Source of the DNA: Limisphaerales bacterium
GTDB lineage: Bacteria; Verrucomicrobiota; Verrucomicrobiia; Limisphaerales; JAJOIW01
Direction of reading: 5' to 3'
Length of the DNA stretch: 64,000 nucleotides
Assembly: GCA_965657355.1 (NCBI GenBank)
Contig: CBFHOE010000003.1
Coordinates: 64,001-128,000, forward strand
Every line of letters starts with the position of its first letter. Positions within the stretch are counted from its first letter, which is position 1. The notes under the pieces were generated by a model. That model searched no databases, was not told the DNA's origin, and was given only the letters and a program-made list of their open reading frames with translations. Shown here piece by piece: positions 41,208 to 50,179 of the stretch. The translations under genes and the position numbers were made by a program.

Positions 41208-41714
41208 GTGCTCCCACTCATAAGAAAGACTGGCTGCTTCGTTCTGGGCTTTGGGTTTGGGCTTTACATTCATATTCCCAGGGTCATCCATGATATGTCT
41301 GAAAATGATCTTAAAACAATTGAAATACTCTCACCTTTCGTTCTCATTTTCTGTGGGATTTTATTAAATGGAACCTATACAAAAGGCGAGCGATTAAGAA
41401 GAAGAGCCGGTAGGGAATCTAAGCTGCGAAATTTAAGAAGAAGATTTGGCAGCCGTCTTGTTTCACGATTAGAAAAGACTGGTTGGACCTTCATGGTGTT
41501 AAGTTCCATTTTTTGGTTTTTGTTATCTAGCTCGCCTCTCAAACATTATTCCTATTTTTTCGGATGTATTTTTATTACGGGTTATTTACTGGTGCTCACT
41601 TTGTGTGATCATTACAGGACGGTAAATTTCCTTGATATATGCAATATTTACTCAAAGCCAGCGGTTAAGAACTCTCAAAGTGCACCAAATGAAACTCGTG
41701 AATTAAGCTCCTAA
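41208..41714 (+). CDS. Hypothetical 4-TM membrane protein
   Basis: Four hydrophobic segments around an Arg-rich loop; fills the intergenic space; no family recognised. Confidence 0.5.
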   Translation: MLPLIRKTGCFVLGFGFGLYIHIPRVIHDMSENDLKTIEILSPFVLIFCGILLNGTYTKGERLRRRAGRESKLRNLRRRFGSRLVSRLEKTGWTFMVLSSIFWFLLSSSPLKHYSYFFGCIFITGYLLVLTLCDHYRTVNFLDICNIYSKPAVKNSQSAPNETRELSS

Positions 41715-41738
41715 TGTTCTTCGGTTTATTTTTGTAGT

Positions 41739-42197
41739 TTAAATTTCTTTAATAATAATATTTGCAATTTTCCATCCTGATATGGACATTCTTGCGGTGA
41801 TATCGGTTTCGAGAATGAGCTCTTCCCCAGACTTTTTAATAATATGAAGTTTTCCTACAAGTCTCTCAGCGTTAGCGAATTCATATTCCGCGAATTTTAC
41901 ACTATTGTGTGTGGTTCCATTCTCAGGGAATAAGTCGTTAATAATCGCCAGGTAGTATTGCTTTCTTGACTGTTGTTCAAAGATTTCAGTTGGAGATCCC
42001 CCACGTATCGGTGCCTCAAATCGCACGAAGCATCGCGCAAGTCTTTCTTTGTTACCCGCTTTTATTGATTCTGTAAATTTTGTAACTAGATTTTCTATGG
42101 GCGGAAGTGAATTCGAGTCTCCACAGCCCACACTAAAAAGCCCTATAAATATAATTGAAAAGGCGAGTTGAAAGAATTTTGTTTGGGAAATCATCAT
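41739..42197 (-). CDS. Hypothetical lipoprotein (possibly NTF2-like)
   Basis: Signal peptide with lipobox FSVG-C; C-terminal GWKIANI. Confidence 0.6.
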   Translation of the reverse strand: MMISQTKFFQLAFSIIFIGLFSVGCGDSNSLPPIENLVTKFTESIKAGNKERLARCFVRFEAPIRGGSPTEIFEQQSRKQYYLAIINDLFPENGTTHNSVKFAEYEFANAERLVGKLHIIKKSGEELILETDITARMSISGWKIANIIIKEI

Positions 42198-42235
42198 GTT
42201 TGAAAATATATAAAAATCTTAGGCTTTCGATTATC

Positions 42236-44044
42236 TCAGTTTATTTTTTCAACTTTATAGAATTGAAGTTGCTGATTTTGCGATGGGTCAAGAAATTCAG
42301 AAAGATCTCCTGTTGCCAAGAAATTGCTCGCCACGAGCTTCCAATCCCCTTGGCCAGCGTCTTGGCGACTCCATATATTGTACACTTTATTTGGGATCGA
42401 TTCCCATTTTATGAGAGTGCCAGCTTCAGTTACCTCTATTTCCTTAATCAAGAATTTGAATGAGCTGGAGTCTGTGGGATCTGTGTCTGACTTGTATTCA
42501 TACAAATTTGGAAATCCGTCGTTATCGGGATCCTCATGAGCAGCTGCAATCGCTGACGTGAATGGTGAGAAATATTTTCTCTGAAAATCGTCAGGAACCC
42601 CGTCGTAATTGCCATCAAATTCAGGATCACTTATTTCTAAAAATCCATCCACATAAACTTGCTGGCCTTCATAGTCGATAATCAGAGAGAGAAGGCCAGG
42701 GTCAATATTATCGGGTATATTGATCCTGGTTGTTATCAAATTCATATTGAGAACTGCCTTTCTCAAAACTTGTGTTTCGAAATATTCAAAGTCTGGGTGA
42801 CTTGTTCTTAGGGTTGCACCGGAAGTCGGAATATCATTTCCATATAAACCTATAAATATATCTTTCCGGCCTGATTTCGTCGCCACTGGTCCGGTTGTGA
42901 ATGAGAAAGGTCCGGCTGGGTGGTCTTCAACAGGCCTAATTTGTGAGATGATGAAATTGGGGCTGCCGGAACTCAAAGATTTATTGTGTGTGAGGATCTG
43001 GCCAGCTGTAATCTGAATGGATTCCGGGCTTGTAGGGGTAAACTGAGCTGGGTCAAAATTCTCGAAGCGGTAATCAATATCACCTATAAGCTGGGGTGAA
43101 TCTTGCCTAAATGTTGTATTAGGAGGAAAGCAGTTATAGCGGATCGTGTATTCCCCGGGCAGGAGCCCTCCAATCTCCCAGGACCCGTCACCCTCTGTAA
43201 CCGTTGCGCCTATTAGGTAGCCTTTTGAATCTTCAATAACCACTTTGGCAGCGGCGGCGGCTACCCCGTTTATCGAGAGAACTCCTTTAATTGATCCAAA
43301 TTTAGAAACAGCCGCTTGAGTGGGGTATACGTGTCGGGCAAAAATGATCTCGTCCATTGACAGCCCTTTCAGAAGGTTGTCTCCAAATGCGGATTGATAA
43401 TACATTGTTGCACCTCCAGCAACCGAATGAGTAAGTCCAAGAAAATGGCCTATCTCGTGCAAGACGATTCCATCTATTACTAAAGTTCTTCTTTCAAGAT
43501 TTTCTGAATTCCTTTGCCATTTGAAATCAATTCCATTCAAAACTGTATCCGATTCAAGGATATGCCCGTTTGTATCCCAAGAGGATACGTTAACTGCTGG
43601 TAAATTTCTGATGTTGGCCACTCCCCCCCATACAAATACTGAATTATTTTCCCAATAAATCAGATTTTTACCGTCTTGAAGATTGATGTCTAAATTGTTT
43701 TCAAGGATGCCTGCTTCTTCAAACTTTATATTGGAGTCGGGTATCGCTTCCCATTGATGAATTGCAGATCGAATAGCGTCCTGTTCGAATTTCTCGTTTT
43801 CCAATGAATAGGCTGGTGAACCAAGGTAATATTTAATTGCCTTTGTCTGACGATTAAATGAGTCGGAGTGAAGAAATGGACTATAAGGTGGATTAAATTG
43901 CCATGTCGTTGGGTGAGGGAATATGTTGTTTTGAGGATTAGCTTCTAATCGCTGGCGAACCGGAGCAGGCAGTTTCTCCATCCCAATCATCACTAACAAT
44001 AGGAAAATTGGGAAAATTTTCGGTGTTTTGTTTCCTCGATACAT
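42236..44044 (-). CDS. Secreted matrixin (M10-like metzincin) metalloprotease with a carboxypeptidase-regulatory-like domain and a C-terminal DPDxDG domain
   Basis: HEIGHFLGLTH, Met-turn ATMYY, GSIKGVL..T.GDGSWEIGGL.PGEY, DPDNDGFPNLYEY..FYKV. Confidence 0.88.
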   Translation of the reverse strand: MYRGNKTPKIFPIFLLLVMIGMEKLPAPVRQRLEANPQNNIFPHPTTWQFNPPYSPFLHSDSFNRQTKAIKYYLGSPAYSLENEKFEQDAIRSAIHQWEAIPDSNIKFEEAGILENNLDINLQDGKNLIYWENNSVFVWGGVANIRNLPAVNVSSWDTNGHILESDTVLNGIDFKWQRNSENLERRTLVIDGIVLHEIGHFLGLTHSVAGGATMYYQSAFGDNLLKGLSMDEIIFARHVYPTQAAVSKFGSIKGVLSINGVAAAAAKVVIEDSKGYLIGATVTEGDGSWEIGGLLPGEYTIRYNCFPPNTTFRQDSPQLIGDIDYRFENFDPAQFTPTSPESIQITAGQILTHNKSLSSGSPNFIISQIRPVEDHPAGPFSFTTGPVATKSGRKDIFIGLYGNDIPTSGATLRTSHPDFEYFETQVLRKAVLNMNLITTRINIPDNIDPGLLSLIIDYEGQQVYVDGFLEISDPEFDGNYDGVPDDFQRKYFSPFTSAIAAAHEDPDNDGFPNLYEYKSDTDPTDSSSFKFLIKEIEVTEAGTLIKWESIPNKVYNIWSRQDAGQGDWKLVASNFLATGDLSEFLDPSQNQQLQFYKVEKIN

Positions 44045-44568
44045 TATTTTGATTGAACCTCTTTTTGGACGAGACCTTTGAGGTCTTTTAAAGGGAGAGT
44101 CATTCCGTTGGCATTAAGCTGGGCAAATCCATTGTTGCTCGCGATCTCAATGCCATCAGTTGGTTTTGATAAACTTTTTTTAATATCAAAGTGACCCTGC
44201 CATAGTGATACTATGATCCAATTATTTTTTTTATTTTTAACCAAAAAAAGCGCTGACTTATCCCCTCTTTTAAAGAGTTTTTGATTTTTGTTTTTTTGCA
44301 TTATACTTCCAAGAACTCCTCCAGGTTGTATAACATTTATTATTTTTTCATTTAAACGACCCTTCCAGGTTTCGGTAACAGAAATTTCAGCTGATGTAAT
44401 GAGTCGTTTTCTATCGTCCGTGTAGCAGCGAATTTTTGAGATTTTGCCACAAACAATGAGTTGAGATTCCTCTATTAAAGAAGAAATATCTATTGCGGAA
44501 GGCTTAGCGTTCTCAATCAGTGTTAAGAATGCCACTGCCGCAAATGCGGATCTGGCAAATTTATACAT
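44044..44568 (-). CDS. Secreted hypothetical protein, possibly OB/TIMP-like fold, translationally coupled to the matrixin
   Basis: Signal peptide; LIEESQLIVCGKI..I.T..I.V.ETWKG..PGG..F..GD...LFL. TAATG stop/start overlap. Confidence 0.65.
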   Translation of the reverse strand: MYKFARSAFAAVAFLTLIENAKPSAIDISSLIEESQLIVCGKISKIRCYTDDRKRLITSAEISVTETWKGRLNEKIINVIQPGGVLGSIMQKNKNQKLFKRGDKSALFLVKNKKNNWIIVSLWQGHFDIKKSLSKPTDGIEIASNNGFAQLNANGMTLPLKDLKGLVQKEVQSK

Positions 44569-44698
44569 AATAAATACCTAGCACACCGTCTCCCAAATCA
44601 CAACTCGTGCAAGAAGTTTATTATCAAAGATAACATATTGAGCCGAATTGCTTTAAGTCGCGGAGGAAAACGAATAAAGTGGAGGATAATTTTCATTC

Positions 44699-45808
44699 AT
44701 GTCTGAAAAAAAGCTCAGAATTGTCATGTTGAATTGGCGTGACCCCGAGAATCCGTTGGCTGGTGGTGCTGAGCGAGTGACTCTCGGGTATTTGGCCGAT
44801 CTAGCCGAACGTGGCCATGAGGTATTCTGGCTTACTCATTCTTACGAAGGTTGCGAGAAAACCACTGAAATTTCAGGTGTTCGGGTTATCAGGTTGGGTA
44901 ATTTAATTCGATCCCGGATACGAGCTTACATCTGGGTAAAGAATCATTTCCCCATTGATTTACTTATTGATCAACACCATGGAATTCCTTGGTTCACCAA
45001 TTTATGGGCTCCTTGCCCTGCCATTTCTTATATTCACGAAGTGTTAGGTCCTATTTGGAAGTCTTTTTATCCCTTTCCGCTGGCCCAGCTTGGTATAATG
45101 CAAGAGCGGATTACTCTTTGGTTTTATCGAAAACAAAAATTTTGGACTGGGTGTCATACGACGCAAACCCACCTCAAGGATGCAGGTGTTCGAGATGTCA
45201 CCATCATCCCGTACGGTGTAGACCTCAAACCGCTACAAACTCTTCCCACTAAAATTTTAGAGCCACCATTACGCCTAGCTATGGTTAGCCGACTGGCACC
45301 AAACAAAAGAGTACACCTTGGTGTCGCACTCCTTAAATCGCTAAATGAGCAAGGAGTGGATACTTACCTAAAAATAATAGGAACCGGTGAGTGTGAGTCT
45401 GAAATTAGAAGGGTTATTTCTGATAATGGGATGCAGGACCGTTGTGAGTTGCTTGGTCACGTTGAAGAAGGTGAAAAATTGGCCCATTTGCAAGAAGCTC
45501 ATTTTTTGGTTCATACCTCGATGCGAGAGGGGTGGGGGCTCAATGTAGTCGAGGCCAATGCCTATGGCACGCCAGCTGTTGTTTTTCCAGTTCCTGGTTT
45601 AATTGACAGTACTACTCATTTGGAAACAGGGTATATTTCTAAGTATGAGGACGTTGCTAGCCTTGCTTTGGTGATTCTTGAAGCTATTCAAAACCCTAAG
45701 GTCTATCAGGAATGCAGAAAAAATGCTTTGATGAGAGCTCGGTCGCATCTTTGGGAGGAAGTGTTGCCCCATGCAAGAAGCTTTGTGCTCACATCAGCTC
45801 AATCATAA
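44699..45808 (+). CDS. Glycosyltransferase family 4
   Basis: NWRD..NP.AGGAE, SRLAPNKR, SMREGWGLNVVEANAYGTP. Confidence 0.92.
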   Translation: MSEKKLRIVMLNWRDPENPLAGGAERVTLGYLADLAERGHEVFWLTHSYEGCEKTTEISGVRVIRLGNLIRSRIRAYIWVKNHFPIDLLIDQHHGIPWFTNLWAPCPAISYIHEVLGPIWKSFYPFPLAQLGIMQERITLWFYRKQKFWTGCHTTQTHLKDAGVRDVTIIPYGVDLKPLQTLPTKILEPPLRLAMVSRLAPNKRVHLGVALLKSLNEQGVDTYLKIIGTGECESEIRRVISDNGMQDRCELLGHVEEGEKLAHLQEAHFLVHTSMREGWGLNVVEANAYGTPAVVFPVPGLIDSTTHLETGYISKYEDVASLALVILEAIQNPKVYQECRKNALMRARSHLWEEVLPHARSFVLTSAQS

Positions 45809-45860
45809 CCTTAGTTTCAAATAGATTGGATTTATTAGAAACTTCATTTATTTGTAACAT

Positions 45861-46172
45861 ATGACCGAAACAGGAAAATTTTCAGAACAAAAAATCCAAC
45901 AATCCATCAAAGACTTAGACAAAGGTTGGGCATTAGAAGACGATAAGCTGACTCGAGTTTTTATATTCTCTAATTTTGTCTATGCCTTTAGCTTCATGTC
46001 CGGTGTGGCCATCATGGCAGAAAAATTAAACCACCACCCAGAATGGTTCAACGTATACAACAGGGTGAAGATTCAACTAACGACTCATGATGTCGGTGGG
46101 ATATCCGAATTGGACTTCAAACTAGCAGCTAAAATGGATAAGATTGCACAATCCATCGGCAGCCATCAGTAG
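45861..46172 (+). CDS. phhB: Pterin-4-alpha-carbinolamine dehydratase
   Basis: [31 protein letters not shown]. Confidence 0.95.
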   Translation: MTETGKFSEQKIQQSIKDLDKGWALEDDKLTRVFIFSNFVYAFSFMSGVAIMAEKLNHHPEWFNVYNRVKIQLTTHDVGGISELDFKLAAKMDKIAQSIGSHQ

Positions 46173-46179
46173 GTGATCC

Positions 46180-46896
46180 TTATTTAATACCTTCTAATCT
46201 CTGCTTCCACATTTTATATAGCTGATTTGTTGCCTCCACATCTCTGACGCAATACTCAGCTATTTCTCTGTATTTCCCCTCATTCATGAGCCTTGTCACA
46301 TCCATGCCTGTGACCCCTTGACTTTTAGGGGAATCAATTCCAAAGGCTCTGCAGTAGAAATCTAGATTAAACTTTCTTGCCGCGCCCATTCTTCCGCTCG
46401 CTCCATAGAAACACAATTGGTCCGCGAGATCGCAATGCGAATCAGTGGAAAATCTATATCCCATCCAATTTTTAGCGGAGATCGAGACATCCAGAAGTGC
46501 CGAACGAAGATATAAGAATGGAACATCAAACGCTCTTCCGTTGAATGTGACTACTTTATCAAAGTGCTTTGCGGCCTGCCAAAAACTGTTTAATAGTTCA
46601 GATTCATCTGGGCATGCAACGTACTCAATATCACCAGACAAGCCTCCCTCATCAAAATCATCCGCCAAGAAAAGACTCTTACCCCTTCCTGTATCTACAT
46701 TAATCATCGCTATACAGACGATTTGGGCGGTGAATGGCCAGAGTGCAAACATCTTTTCAATCTCGCCCGTTTCCTTAATTCTCTCCTCCTCCGACTCTAA
46801 ATTTTCAGCCGATCGAAAAATATATTCTTGTTGTGATTCATCTAGATATTCACGTGGCAAGGCGGAAGTCTCAATGTCGAATACTAATGTTGCCAT
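46180..46896 (-). CDS. 3'-5' exonuclease (DEDD, PolB-exonuclease-like)
   Basis: VFDIET, VTFNGRAFDVPFL, HCDLAD, IAEYCVRDV. Confidence 0.88.
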   Translation of the reverse strand: MATLVFDIETSALPREYLDESQQEYIFRSAENLESEEERIKETGEIEKMFALWPFTAQIVCIAMINVDTGRGKSLFLADDFDEGGLSGDIEYVACPDESELLNSFWQAAKHFDKVVTFNGRAFDVPFLYLRSALLDVSISAKNWMGYRFSTDSHCDLADQLCFYGASGRMGAARKFNLDFYCRAFGIDSPKSQGVTGMDVTRLMNEGKYREIAEYCVRDVEATNQLYKMWKQRLEGIK

Positions 46897-47308
46897 GACT
46901 ATACTCTACTTGATGAGCTCCAATGGTTTAAGAAAATTCCCTCAGATAGCAGGAAAAGTGTTATTTTAATCGCAAACCTTTTCCTTTTTGAGTCGAATAA
47001 TACGTATTTAAAAATCGTTTCACTGATATTTTGACTGTTTTAGGAGGCTGATGAATGGAAATATCTCAGAAAAGGTTTGTTCATTTTCATTTCAGGCTGA
47101 AAAGAAGATACAAACGGTTCTAACATGAGAAGATCCATAGATTAGAGATCGAATTTTTTATAAAAATGAATTTCAATACAATCCATACTCATAGTGACGA
47201 GGCGCTTGTTTCAGTGGCGACTCTCTCTGAGTTTTAATCCATTTTATAGAGAAAAATTAGAACCAAGTTGCTAGAATTAATGACTTTGTATTCTCAATTG
47301 CCATTTCG

Positions 47309-48715
47309 ATGAGAAAAGAATTTTACGAAAATATCGCTCATACCAAGCCCGAAATTGCTCATAGGTTATATAATAAACTCATACAGAGATATTTTCGGTT
47401 TTTCATTCCAGAAGGGGCTCGTGTTTTAGAAATAGGATGCGGAATTGGCGATTTATTAGCGGCTGTAAACCCCGCGTATGGCGTTGGTATCGATTTTTCG
47501 CCCACCATGATTCAATTGGCTACTTCCAGGCATCCAGAGCATACTTTTATTGAAGCAAATGCAGAAAGTTTTCAATCGGAAGATCACTTTGATTACATTG
47601 TACTATCTGATTTAGTCAACGATCTCGAAGATGTTCAGCAAGTTCTTGAAAACGTGAAATCCTTTGCTCATAGCCGAACTCGGATTATCGTTAATTTCTT
47701 CAATGACTTTTGGAGGCCTATTCTTTATTTGGCGGTTTCCAGAGGTTGGAAATCTCCCACCCCAAAAAATCAGAATTGGTTGTCGATAGCCGACATTGAG
47801 AACATGCTTTCCCTATCTGGTTGGGAAAAGGTGAAGTCGGATAACAAAATTTTAATTCCTGTCAACTTGGGCTTCGTTAGTGATCTAGTTAATAGGTGGT
47901 TTGCCCCATTACCTTTGGTTCGAAGTCTTGCCCTTTCCAAATTTATCGTGGCCAGGCCAACTCATGTTGCAATGTGGGAGATTGGTAACCGAGCTTTCTC
48001 ATGCACTGTCGTCATACCTTCGAGGAATGAGGCTGGCAATATCGAGCATGCGGTAAAGCGAACCCCTGAAATGGGAATAGGTACTGAAATTATTTTTATA
48101 GAGGGAGGGTCATCTGACAATACATGGGATGAAATTTGTCGAGTTCAGAAGGCCTATCCAGAAAAGAATATTAAATCTATGAGGCAATCTGGTAAAGGAA
48201 AGGGGAATGCCGTCAGAGAAGCATTTGCTAAAGCAACCGGGGACATCCTTTTTATTTTAGATGCCGACTTAACTGTTCCGCCTGAGGAGTTGCCAAAATT
48301 CTATGAAACAGCGCGAAAGGGGCATGCCGATTTTGTAAATGGAGTTCGCCTTGTCTATCCAATGGAAGCCCAGGCAATGAGGTTCTTTAACATGCTGGGA
48401 AACATGTTTTTCAGTCGCTCATTCACTTGGCTTCTTGGACAGAGAATAAAGGATACTTTATGCGGAACTAAGGTCCTGTTTCGCGAGGATTACCAAAAGA
48501 TAGCAGCTAATAGAAAATACTTTGGTGATTTTGATCCTTTTGGTGATTTTGACCTACTCTTCGGGGCGTCAAAACTTAACTTAAAAATCGTAGATCTTCC
48601 CATTAGATATAAGGCCCGAACCTATGGCGATACGAATATTGACAGGTGGAAGCATGGCGCGATTTTGATTAGAATGCTTGTTTTCGCAGCAAGACGACTG
48701 AAATTTATCAAATGA
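47309..48715 (+). CDS. SAM-methyltransferase / GT2 glycosyltransferase fusion
   Basis: VLEIGCGIG..GIDFS, then VVIPSRNEAGNI, ILDADLTVPPE, DTLCGTK, FGDFDPFGDFDLLFGA. Confidence 0.9.
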   Translation: MRKEFYENIAHTKPEIAHRLYNKLIQRYFRFFIPEGARVLEIGCGIGDLLAAVNPAYGVGIDFSPTMIQLATSRHPEHTFIEANAESFQSEDHFDYIVLSDLVNDLEDVQQVLENVKSFAHSRTRIIVNFFNDFWRPILYLAVSRGWKSPTPKNQNWLSIADIENMLSLSGWEKVKSDNKILIPVNLGFVSDLVNRWFAPLPLVRSLALSKFIVARPTHVAMWEIGNRAFSCTVVIPSRNEAGNIEHAVKRTPEMGIGTEIIFIEGGSSDNTWDEICRVQKAYPEKNIKSMRQSGKGKGNAVREAFAKATGDILFILDADLTVPPEELPKFYETARKGHADFVNGVRLVYPMEAQAMRFFNMLGNMFFSRSFTWLLGQRIKDTLCGTKVLFREDYQKIAANRKYFGDFDPFGDFDLLFGASKLNLKIVDLPIRYKARTYGDTNIDRWKHGAILIRMLVFAARRLKFIK

Positions 48716-49479
48716 ATTTGGATTTAAACCAGCAGCACTTAAATGAAATTCTGCTTAATAAGGAAAGCTGGGATAAAAAACCTATTGTCCAAAAAATTTA
48801 TCAATCATTTTTTGAAAGAGTGAGTGCAGAGCTTTCTCCACTCTCTTTAACCTCGAATAGAAAAATAGTTGAAATTGGGAGTGGAATGGGGATGCTGAAA
48901 TCCCGGATTCCAGATCTTATTACAACTGATCTGTTTCCCAACCCGTGGATCGATCTGGCCTGCACGGCATATTCTTTACCATTCGAGGAAGACTCAGTTT
49001 CCGACATCCTACTAATAGATGTTTTTCACCATCTCGAAAGACCTTTTGCTTTTTTAAAAGAGGCTTCCAGAGTTTTGTTGCCGGGTGGTCGGGTCATTCT
49101 TTTAGAACCTTTTATAAGTCTGACAAGCTTTCCTGTCTTCGAGTTTTTGCATCCTGAGCCTGTTGGAAAAGCATTGGAAATTTCTCTTATAGACGAGCCA
49201 CCCAAAGATCCGGCATATTACGCCGCTCAAGGTAATGCCACTCATATTTTTTTTAATAAATCAGCTGACTTGTCGCATTGTCCTCTATCGATTCTGAAGA
49301 CTATGAGCTGGTCATGCTGGAATTACCTTCTTTCGGGTGGGTTCAGTAAACCAGCATTTTATCCTAAATATTTTTATCATTGGATATCAGTGATAGATAA
49401 GTTTTTGTCCCATTTTCCAACGGTATTCGCCGGGAGGTGCCTTGTTGTCCTCGAAAAGCCACAGAACTGTAACACGTGA
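48712..49479 (+). CDS. Class I SAM-dependent methyltransferase
   Basis: VEIGSGMG, LPFEEDS, DVFHHL, RVLLPGGRVILLEP. ATGA overlap. Confidence 0.88.
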   Translation: MNLDLNQQHLNEILLNKESWDKKPIVQKIYQSFFERVSAELSPLSLTSNRKIVEIGSGMGMLKSRIPDLITTDLFPNPWIDLACTAYSLPFEEDSVSDILLIDVFHHLERPFAFLKEASRVLLPGGRVILLEPFISLTSFPVFEFLHPEPVGKALEISLIDEPPKDPAYYAAQGNATHIFFNKSADLSHCPLSILKTMSWSCWNYLLSGGFSKPAFYPKYFYHWISVIDKFLSHFPTVFAGRCLVVLEKPQNCNT

Positions 49480-49555
49480 TGCTTTTGTCTGTTTGTTTGT
49501 TTGCCAAGTTCGGTGACATAAGTTAATCATTTTATAAACCAAACCTGGATCAGAT

Positions 49556-50146
49556 ATGATAGATCGCATTTCCAGGCCCACTGTGCTGGTGCTGAATCGA
49601 AACTGGCAGGCGGTTAATGCTTCCACGCCTAAGGTTGCCTTTTGTCATTTAATATCTGGATCGGCCTCGGCCCTCCACATCGTATCCCACGAGGAAATGT
49701 ATCCCATGCAATGGAACGAGTGGATTAAAATTCCGACGACGCCACAAGATAGCACAATTCGAACAATCCGGGGCCCCATTAAAATCCCAACCGTCATCAT
49801 TCTTAAATCATTTTCAAAAATTCCAACGCGGAAGCCAAAGCTAAATTCGCGATCCATCAGGGAAAGGGACCGTAACCGCTGTCAGTATACAGGACGGTTT
49901 TTAAAGCCCGATGAAGGGAGTGTCGACCATATAGTTCCTCGGTCTAGAGGAGGAAAAGACTCATGGGATAATTGTGTTTGGGCATCCAAAAAAATAAATT
50001 CAAAAAAAGGAAGTCAGCTACCAGAAGAGGCCGGTCTAAGACTTCTCAGGGAGCCCTTTGAAATGAGGGAAATGCCGGTGACAGCTTTTATTAGGAATAC
50101 ATACGAGGTCGATGATTGGAAATTTTTCCTGCCCAAATACGCCTGA
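49556..50146 (+). CDS. HNH endonuclease (McrA-like, stand-alone)
   Basis: VLVLNRNWQAV, RERDRNRCQYTG, SVDHIVPRSRGG..W.NCV....IN.KKG..PEEAGL. Confidence 0.88.
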   Translation: MIDRISRPTVLVLNRNWQAVNASTPKVAFCHLISGSASALHIVSHEEMYPMQWNEWIKIPTTPQDSTIRTIRGPIKIPTVIILKSFSKIPTRKPKLNSRSIRERDRNRCQYTGRFLKPDEGSVDHIVPRSRGGKDSWDNCVWASKKINSKKGSQLPEEAGLRLLREPFEMREMPVTAFIRNTYEVDDWKFFLPKYA

Positions 50147-50179
50147 TGATAATTTAGTTTTGTCTCCTTTCCGGTTTCT

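Noticed and set aside
48521..48557. Tandem TTTGGTGATTTTGA repeat
   Set aside because: It simply encodes the FGDFDPFGDFDL protein motif of the GT2 domain.
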